From the NCBI GenBank assembly GCA_903901055.1, contig CAIUPO010000107.1:12707-76706 (forward strand): 64,000 nt of DNA. Direction: 5' to 3'. How positions within the stretch are numbered: position 1 is the stretch's first letter; every line of letters starts with the position of its first letter. Positions 10,300 through 16,169 of this stretch are shown one piece after another. The position numbers and the translations under genes were made by a program. This stretch comes from an uncultured Bacteroidota bacterium. Its GTDB lineage: Bacteria > Bacteroidota > Bacteroidia > JABEUT01. The notes beneath the pieces were generated by a model. It had not been told where the DNA came from. It did not search any database and worked only from the letters and a program-made list of their open reading frames with translations.

Positions 10300-11312
10300 T
10301 AGTCGTTTTTCAGGTCTTGTATATCCAACATACCAATAGGCTTGCCTCCATCAGTAACCATAATAGTATCTACATTTGATTTTTTGAATAAAGCAGCAGC
10401 CTCATTCAAAATAACGTTGGCATCAATACTTATAGGTGCTTTATATTCCAGTTCTTTCAGCTTTTTATTGAGGATGCTTTCTCCATCTTTTTGCAAATGC
10501 CTGCGTAAATCACCATCGGTAAATACTCCCATTACGCTGCCATCACCTTTGGTTACAATAACCGTACCGAAACCATATTCGGTCATTTTAACAATGGCAT
10601 CTTTAACGGTTGTTTCGCTGCTGACAATGGGATTGCCGGGGCGGATTGCTTCTTTCACCTTCACCATCATCATGCGTGTATCGCGGAAAAACTGCTCGGT
10701 TCCAACTTGAGTAAAATTATTTTCGGTGAGTGATTTCAATACTTTTAACGGAACTGTTATGGTATGCACTCCAATATTAATAGCATTGCGCACGTGTTCA
10801 TTATGGCGTACAGAGCTGAACATAATTTTGGTATCGTAATTGTAATAGTTAACCGCATCTACGCATTGTTCAATCAACGTGAGTGCATCATGCCCCTGGT
10901 CCTGCAAACGGCCAACCAACGGACAAACATAAGTTGCACCTGCATGCATTGCCATATAAGCTTGTTGCAGGGTGTATACCAAATGGACATTAACTAACAA
11001 GCCATCGTTGCGCAAAATCTTACATGCACGAACTCCTTCAAGTGATACCGGTATTTTGAAAACCGTTTTCTTTGGGTCCAGTCCTAACTCAAGCTGGCGG
11101 TAGGCTTCCCGTTTAATTTCATCGGCATTGGAACCAAGGGCTTCAATTTGAAGGACCGGCACTATTTTGCTAAGTTTTACAATAGTTCCGTCAATATCAG
11201 TAATACCTTCCTTTTGCATAAAGGTAGGCGTTGTAGTAAGGCCATCGAGGAATCCAAGTTTGAATCCTTCTTCAATTTCCTTCATGTTTGCAGAATCGAG
11301 ATATAGCTCCAT
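10299..11312 (-). CDS. fusion protein: fructose-6-phosphate aldolase/transaldolase (TalC/FSA) domain plus KdsD-type tandem CBS domains
   Basis: N-terminal MELYLDSANMKEIEE...GLTTTPTF, FKIPVS (catalytic Lys region) and YVCPLVGRLQDQG match FSA/TalC. C-terminal GVFTDGDLRR...IGMLDIQDL closely matches the CBS pair of E. coli KdsD (GIFTDGDLRR). Confidence 0.7.
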   Translation of the reverse strand: MELYLDSANMKEIEEGFKLGFLDGLTTTPTFMQKEGITDIDGTIVKLSKIVPVLQIEALGSNADEIKREAYRQLELGLDPKKTVFKIPVSLEGVRACKILRNDGLLVNVHLVYTLQQAYMAMHAGATYVCPLVGRLQDQGHDALTLIEQCVDAVNYYNYDTKIMFSSVRHNEHVRNAINIGVHTITVPLKVLKSLTENNFTQVGTEQFFRDTRMMMVKVKEAIRPGNPIVSSETTVKDAIVKMTEYGFGTVIVTKGDGSVMGVFTDGDLRRHLQKDGESILNKKLKELEYKAPISIDANVILNEAAALFKKSNVDTIMVTDGGKPIGMLDIQDLKND

Positions 11313-11533
11313 AGTGTTAGTTATTTGAGGTGGTAAAGGTAAGAAACCCTATGAAATGTAAAGCTGGTCTCAACTGGAAATAATGTTAAGCGTGAATGGT
11401 GTAAGTTTTCCATAAAGATATGTAACACTTAACGCGCCAAACGGGCTCACCTTTGTGCTATCTAAATCTAATCACAAGTAGTAAAAACAAAGGGAGAAGG
11501 AGTAAGACAAACCCTCTCTATAAACTAACTAAT

Positions 11534-11839
11534 ATGAACGAAAATCAAAAAAGCGAAGATGTTACAAAAACACCGAGCGAAAAAAATAACCCGGGAAATT
11601 CACAACCGAGCAGTTCAACTTCTCAAACTACATCTGTACCCGTTGAAGATGACGAAAAGCGGGAAGGGGATGAATTTATAAGGGAAGGCCACGGGCATGA
11701 TTATGGCACTCCGGTAGCCGGAGAAGATGGTGGAACTGAAGACCAGTCTTCAAATGAACCTAAAAATGAAAGTGAGGAAACAAATAGCAGCAAACCAACA
11801 GAACAAGGAAAAACGCAGGGTGAAAGTTCAACTATCTAA
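11534..11839 (+). CDS. small highly hydrophilic intrinsically disordered protein (copy 1), EGHGHDYGTPVA motif
   Basis: 101 aa rich in S/T/N/Q/E/K with no hydrophobic segment. It ends in STI. Likely start is 11534, parallel to copy 2, rather than the ORF-track start at 11453. Confidence 0.5.
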   Translation: MNENQKSEDVTKTPSEKNNPGNSQPSSSTSQTTSVPVEDDEKREGDEFIREGHGHDYGTPVAGEDGGTEDQSSNEPKNESEETNSSKPTEQGKTQGESSTI

Positions 11840-11865
11840 TATGGTATGTTGACTTCATTCTAATA

Positions 11866-11900
11866 AAAAGTGAGGGGCAGAACTCCTCACTTTATTTTAA
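11866..11900 (+). terminator. rho-independent terminator hairpin
   Basis: AAAAAGTGAGGGGcagaaCTCCTCACTTTATTTT: GC stem plus a T-tract. Confidence 0.55.
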
Positions 11901-11925
11901 TCATAAACAAATAAAAACAGACATT

Positions 11926-12081
11926 ATGGGTAATCTACTTTATTTAATCGCAATAATTTTAATCATAGGCTGGGCATTAGGATTTTTCTTTTTCAGCCTC
12001 GGGGCTTTTGTACACATACTTCTTGTTTTTGCTATAATAGCCATTCTTTTCAGGCTTATCAGGGGAGAGAAGGTTTTATAG
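11926..12081 (+). CDS. lmo0937-family-like 51-aa membrane protein (copy 1)
   Basis: MGNLLYLIAIILIIGWALGFFFFSLGAFVHILLVFAIIAILFRLIRGEKVL: two short hydrophobic helices, typical of this small-protein family. Not in the ORF track because it is under 60 aa. Confidence 0.5.
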   Translation: MGNLLYLIAIILIIGWALGFFFFSLGAFVHILLVFAIIAILFRLIRGEKVL

Positions 12082-12107
12082 GAATCAACGCCTTACTGGT
12101 GACGTAA

Positions 12108-12135
12108 CCACGAAATGAAATTTCGTGGGTTTCGT
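12108..12135 (+). terminator. terminator hairpin after small membrane protein gene
   Basis: CCACGAAAT-gaa-ATTTCGTGG perfect 9-bp stem followed by a T-rich run. Confidence 0.5.
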
Positions 12136-12337
12136 TGTGTATATAAACAACCATATAGAAGTTTAATGCAAAAACTAATTGAAAAAATAGTAAGTGTGAA
12201 GAATACAACATTAAACAAAGGATGTGTAATGGATTCCGGGATAAATGACCCCATTTTTGCAATGTTAGATTTTAGTAGAAATATATAAAAACAACCGGTG
12301 GGGGAGGATTATTCCACATCATAAAAACAACCAAAAA

Positions 12338-12640
12338 ATGAAAGAAAATCAAAAGAACGAACAGGTTTCAAATAACCCAAGTAACTCAAAAAGCCAAACC
12401 AGCCAAAATGGTCAGAGCAATTCTCAAAAGAACAGTTCCGGTTCATCTTCTGAAAAGAAAAATATGCCCCTAACTGCCGAAAAGGAAATTAAAGAAAAGG
12501 GTCATGAGCATGATTACAAAACACCAGTAGCAAGTTCGAACGGCAAAGTTGGAACCCAAACTGAAAAATCAAAAATGCCGGCGGAAAAAAGCCAAGGTTC
12601 AAGCCAGGGAAATACCAAGAATGAAAAATCAACTATCTAA
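12338..12640 (+). CDS. small hydrophilic intrinsically disordered protein (copy 2), KGHEHDYKTPVA motif
   Basis: 100 aa. Paralog of 11534..11839: same composition, the GH.HDY.TPVA motif and a C-terminal KSTI. Confidence 0.5.
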   Translation: MKENQKNEQVSNNPSNSKSQTSQNGQSNSQKNSSGSSSEKKNMPLTAEKEIKEKGHEHDYKTPVASSNGKVGTQTEKSKMPAEKSQGSSQGNTKNEKSTI

Positions 12641-12670
12641 TATGGTATGTTAGTTTCATTCTAATAAAAA

Positions 12671-12700
12671 GTGAGGGGTCATACCCTCACTTTATCTTAA
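12671..12700 (+). terminator. rho-independent terminator hairpin (copy 2)
   Basis: GTGAGGGGtcatACCCTCACTTTATCTT. Near-identical context to 11866..11900. Confidence 0.5.
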
Positions 12701-12725
12701 TCATAAACAAATAAAAACAAACATC

Positions 12726-12881
12726 ATGGGAAACTTACTTTATTTAATCGCCGTTATTTTAGTCATCAGTTGGGCTATAGGATTCTTCGCATATAGCGCT
12801 GGAGGCTTAATACACATACTGCTTATTGTTGCAATAATTGCCGTATTGTTCAGAGTTATTTCCGGAAGGAAAGCAGTTTAA
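12726..12881 (+). CDS. lmo0937-family-like 51-aa membrane protein (copy 2)
   Basis: MGNLLYLIAVILVISWAIGFFAYSAGGLIHILLIVAIIAVLFRVISGRKAV. Paralog of 11926..12081. Confidence 0.5.
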   Translation: MGNLLYLIAVILVISWAIGFFAYSAGGLIHILLIVAIIAVLFRVISGRKAV

Positions 12882-12946
12882 TTAGCAAAGGTTAAAAGGT
12901 TATTTGCGTGTGAGGTGCAACTTCGGGTAAAAGAGTTATTCTCAAG

Positions 12947-13309
12947 TTAAGCTATTATTGCCAATAGAATTGATAATAATACATAAAAGATTACGCAAAT
13001 AATCCCAATAATCTTATGTGTTTTAGTTTCGTTAATATATTTCAATTCAATAGTCTTGAATCTCTTTTTATATAAAAAATAGAACAAATTGAACCCAACA
13101 GCAGTGGAAAATGTACTAATCATAACTGTTAGTGATTTCCTGTAATCTGGAACAACAAAAATTCCAGTAAAAATCCAATAAACATTAGAAGCATTAAACA
13201 TTAAAGGAGTTCCATATAAGATACATGCATACCAAGCACTTTCATCTTCTTCATAAGACAGGTGCATTTGTTTGTACAACCGATAAAATGTATATTCGTA
13301 AGGATTCAT
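12947..13309 (-). CDS. hypothetical membrane protein
   Basis: 120 aa with several hydrophobic helices. No recognisable motif. Confidence 0.3.
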   Translation of the reverse strand: MNPYEYTFYRLYKQMHLSYEEDESAWYACILYGTPLMFNASNVYWIFTGIFVVPDYRKSLTVMISTFSTAVGFNLFYFLYKKRFKTIELKYINETKTHKIIGIICVIFYVLLSILLAIIA

Positions 13310-13324
13310 TAATTTGGTAAGCGC

Positions 13325-14161
13325 TTACCTCCCCCTATACTTCACCTCCGTATTATGTATCTCAATCAAGGGTTCTAAAAAAGCTTTCAGGTCATAAACA
13401 GATAGCTGGCTCGATGCATCGCACAAAGCTTTGGAGGGTTCGGGATGGGTTTCAATAAAAATGCCATCTACTCCTGAGGCCACGCCGGCGCGGCTTATAA
13501 CGGGCAGGAATTCTCTTGCTCCGCCTTTTGCATCGGCGCTGGGTATGCCATATTTGCGAATGGAGTGGGTAATATCAAACACTACCGGGTAGCCAATTTG
13601 GTTCAAATGGTAAAGGCTTCGAGGGTCAACTACTAAATCATTATATCCAAAAGTGTATCCTCTTTCTGTTAGGATGATGTTATCATTTCCGCTATCCACA
13701 CATTTTTTAACGGGGTGCTTCATATTTTCAGGTGCAAGGAATTGTCCGTGTTTAATATTAATAACACGCCCTGTTTTTGCCGCGGCAACCATCAAGCTGC
13801 TTTGCATGCATAGGTATGCAGGTATTTGCAATACATCACAAACTTCGGCTGCAGGTGCCGCCTGGTCAGGGTAATGAATATCCGTTAGAATTGAGAAACC
13901 GAATTCCTTTTTTACTTTAGCAAGCATTGCCAAGCCTTTTTCAAGTCCCGGTCCATCGTAATATTTCAGATCGCTGCGGTTATCTTTCAAAAACGAGGAC
14001 TTATATATGATAGGGATATTTAATTGTTCGCTTACTTCTTTCAGTTTTTCAGCGGTCCTGAACATGATGGATTCTTCTTCAATAACACAAGGGCCCGATA
14101 TTAGGAATAACTGGTCTGCGCCACATTCAATATTTCCGACTTTTATTTTCTTTTTGCTCAT
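13325..14161 (-). CDS. kdsA: 3-deoxy-8-phosphooctulonate (Kdo-8-P) synthase
   Basis: 278 aa. DAHC/KDO8P synthase family hallmarks (...GPCVIEEE..., KSSFLKDNRSDL, HSIRKYG). Confidence 0.85.
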   Translation of the reverse strand: MSKKKIKVGNIECGADQLFLISGPCVIEEESIMFRTAEKLKEVSEQLNIPIIYKSSFLKDNRSDLKYYDGPGLEKGLAMLAKVKKEFGFSILTDIHYPDQAAPAAEVCDVLQIPAYLCMQSSLMVAAAKTGRVINIKHGQFLAPENMKHPVKKCVDSGNDNIILTERGYTFGYNDLVVDPRSLYHLNQIGYPVVFDITHSIRKYGIPSADAKGGAREFLPVISRAGVASGVDGIFIETHPEPSKALCDASSQLSVYDLKAFLEPLIEIHNTEVKYRGR

Positions 14162-14203
14162 AGTATATTTTTTGCAAATTTACGAATAATGTTAGTCATA
14201 ATT

Positions 14204-14267
14204 GGCTCCAAACCCCTAAAGGAGCTTTGAATTGCGCTACTCAAAGCCCCTTTAAGGGTTTGGGGCT
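14204..14267. promoter_or_regulatory. 27-bp imperfect inverted repeat (23/27 complementary) with a 10-bp spacer in the kdsA / ECF-sigma divergent intergenic region
   Basis: GGCTCCAAACCCCTAAAGGAGCTTTGA ... TCAAAGCCCCTTTAAGGGTTTGGGGCT. Confidence 0.4.
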
Positions 14268-14356
14268 AAACAATAATAATGGAATTATCTTTATTGTATT
14301 ATCTTGGCAAAGGTTTTCCAATATAAAATCGTCAATACGCCTATACAATCAGCCAG

Positions 14357-14929
14357 TTGGAAGTAGACATACAGGAATTAAAAGCCGGAAATGAGCAGGC
14401 CTTTCGTTTGCTTATTGACGCGTACGGAAAGGCTATTTTCAATCTTTGCCTGGGCATGATTCCTAACAGGGATGATGCCGAGGAACTAACGCAGGACGTA
14501 TTTATTGAAGCTTATAAGCACATTGCTTCTTTCCGAGAGGGTTCCCATATAAAGACCTGGCTCTTCCGCATTGCCTTAAACAAATGCTACGACCACATAA
14601 AATTTAGTAAGCGGAAAAAGAGGTATGGTATTATGCAACCCTTATTAGATAAGGACGATAACCCGATAGAATTACCTTCCAATTTTCAGCATCCGGGCAT
14701 AACCCTTGAAAACAAAGACCATGCCAAAGCACTATATGGTGCCCTGAACGCTTTGCCCGAAAACCAGCACACGGCTTTTACTATGTATGAAATGCAGGGA
14801 ATGGATTATAAACAAATTGCAGATACTATGTCTGTAAGTGTTTCTGCTGTTGAGTCTTTACTATCCCGTGCAAGGGCAGGTTTACGTAAAAAGCTACAGG
14901 ATTACTATACACATAACGCAAGTTCTTAA
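14357..14929 (+). CDS. ECF sigma factor
   Basis: 190 aa. Sigma-70 r2 (ELTQDVFIEAYK) and r4 (MQGMDYKQIADTMSVSVSAVESLLSRAR). Confidence 0.8.
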   Translation: MEVDIQELKAGNEQAFRLLIDAYGKAIFNLCLGMIPNRDDAEELTQDVFIEAYKHIASFREGSHIKTWLFRIALNKCYDHIKFSKRKKRYGIMQPLLDKDDNPIELPSNFQHPGITLENKDHAKALYGALNALPENQHTAFTMYEMQGMDYKQIADTMSVSVSAVESLLSRARAGLRKKLQDYYTHNASS

Positions 14930-14955
14930 ATAATCAATCGTCTAAATAATCGAAT

Positions 14956-15312
14956 ATGGACAGGAAACAGGATATAGAAGACAATATAAATGCGGCTTTG
15001 CAGGCTGCAGGCAAAATTCAACCTTCGGAATTGCCTAATGGTTTTTCTGAGCGGGTTGCAAACAAGTTACATGCTCAAAATAAGGTAAGGATGCTATATA
15101 ACATAGCGCCCCTTTTGCGTGTGGCTGCGGTATTTGTTCTAATCATTATTAATGTTTTCACCTTGCGCCTTTTTACCGAAGGGCAACCAAAACAAGCAAC
15201 AGCCCAATACGTTACTATAAAAGATTTTGTGAATGAATACCAGATTAATGATGGCAGTGAAGATTTGTTAACTACTAATACATCACCTTATGAACAGCCC
15301 AAAACTCACTAA
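14956..15312 (+). CDS. putative anti-sigma factor / membrane protein
   Basis: 118 aa with one TM helix. It lies directly downstream of the ECF sigma gene. Confidence 0.4.
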   Translation: MDRKQDIEDNINAALQAAGKIQPSELPNGFSERVANKLHAQNKVRMLYNIAPLLRVAAVFVLIIINVFTLRLFTEGQPKQATAQYVTIKDFVNEYQINDGSEDLLTTNTSPYEQPKTH

Positions 15313-15550
15313 TGTTCTATTAATAGCATTAATTGCAATTAATGGCCTTTTCATTGCCGGATGGGCATTTTCGTCCATGCACCACAGGCACGAGCGGGCA
15401 TTTGCCATGCATTACAGATTTCATGGAAGGTTTCATGACAGCAGATCCTTCCATCATTGTTTCGGAGCGTGCTGTGGTAACCATGGCGGATACCGCAGCG
15501 GCTTCCGGAATTATCATCATTCAGGGATGAACCAAAGTAATATCAATTAA
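15290..15550 (+). CDS. small membrane-anchored histidine/cysteine-rich protein
   Basis: 86 aa. N-terminal TM helix, then HHRHERAFAMHYRFHGRFHDSRSFHHCFGACCGNHGGYRSGFRNYHH. The N-terminus resembles that of the next gene. Confidence 0.4.
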   Translation: MNSPKLTNVLLIALIAINGLFIAGWAFSSMHHRHERAFAMHYRFHGRFHDSRSFHHCFGACCGNHGGYRSGFRNYHHSGMNQSNIN

Positions 15551-15631
15551 TATTCCATTTATAAGACATTCTTAATTTTGCCTGAATTTTAGATAGGCTA
15601 CACCTAAAAAAATGTTTTCTGACCATTAATT

Positions 15632-16153
15632 ATGAATACTAAGATAACAAACATTTTGCTCATTATTTTGCTCGTTTTCAACGTGGCATTTATTGGCAAA
15701 TGGTGGATGGGCCACCGAAATGTCCATCATCCTAAAACAGAAGCGCCTGCCGAAACCACTACTATTTTGCACGACAAGGACAAGGGAGAAATGTACCTTG
15801 TTAAAACACTTGGGTTTGATACCGCCCAGCAAAAAAAACTGGACAAAATATTGCAGACACATTTTACGTTTCTGGATAAAACAATGAATGTATATATACG
15901 GAACCAGAATAATCTTTTTAATGCCGTTAAAGAAGGTAAAGACAGTACTTATGCGTCACAGTGTTCAGATTCACTGGGTGTATTAAAGGTTGCTATGGAG
16001 AAGGAATTATATATGCACTTCAATAGTATTAAGGGCATTTGCAATAGTTCGCAATTAAAGCAATTTGACGAACTGATTGATAACATGGAAAAGGAGTTTG
16101 TGCTACATCATAATTTCCACCATAGTGCAAACGCGAATAAAGATTCTATTTAA
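15632..16153 (+). CDS. periplasmic Spy/CpxP-like (LTxxQ-type) helical protein
   Basis: 173 aa. N-terminal TM/signal, then DTAQQKKLDKILQTHF-type helical repeats. Confidence 0.4.
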   Translation: MNTKITNILLIILLVFNVAFIGKWWMGHRNVHHPKTEAPAETTTILHDKDKGEMYLVKTLGFDTAQQKKLDKILQTHFTFLDKTMNVYIRNQNNLFNAVKEGKDSTYASQCSDSLGVLKVAMEKELYMHFNSIKGICNSSQLKQFDELIDNMEKEFVLHHNFHHSANANKDSI

Positions 16154-16169
16154 ATAAAGATAATTTAAG

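Noticed and set aside
11453-11533. N-terminal extension of the disordered protein gene as given in the ORF track
   Set aside because: The paralogous copy starts at the equivalent of 11534 (MKENQK / MNENQK), and the upstream stretch (MCYLNLITSSKNKGRRSKTNPLYKLTN) has no counterpart in copy 2.
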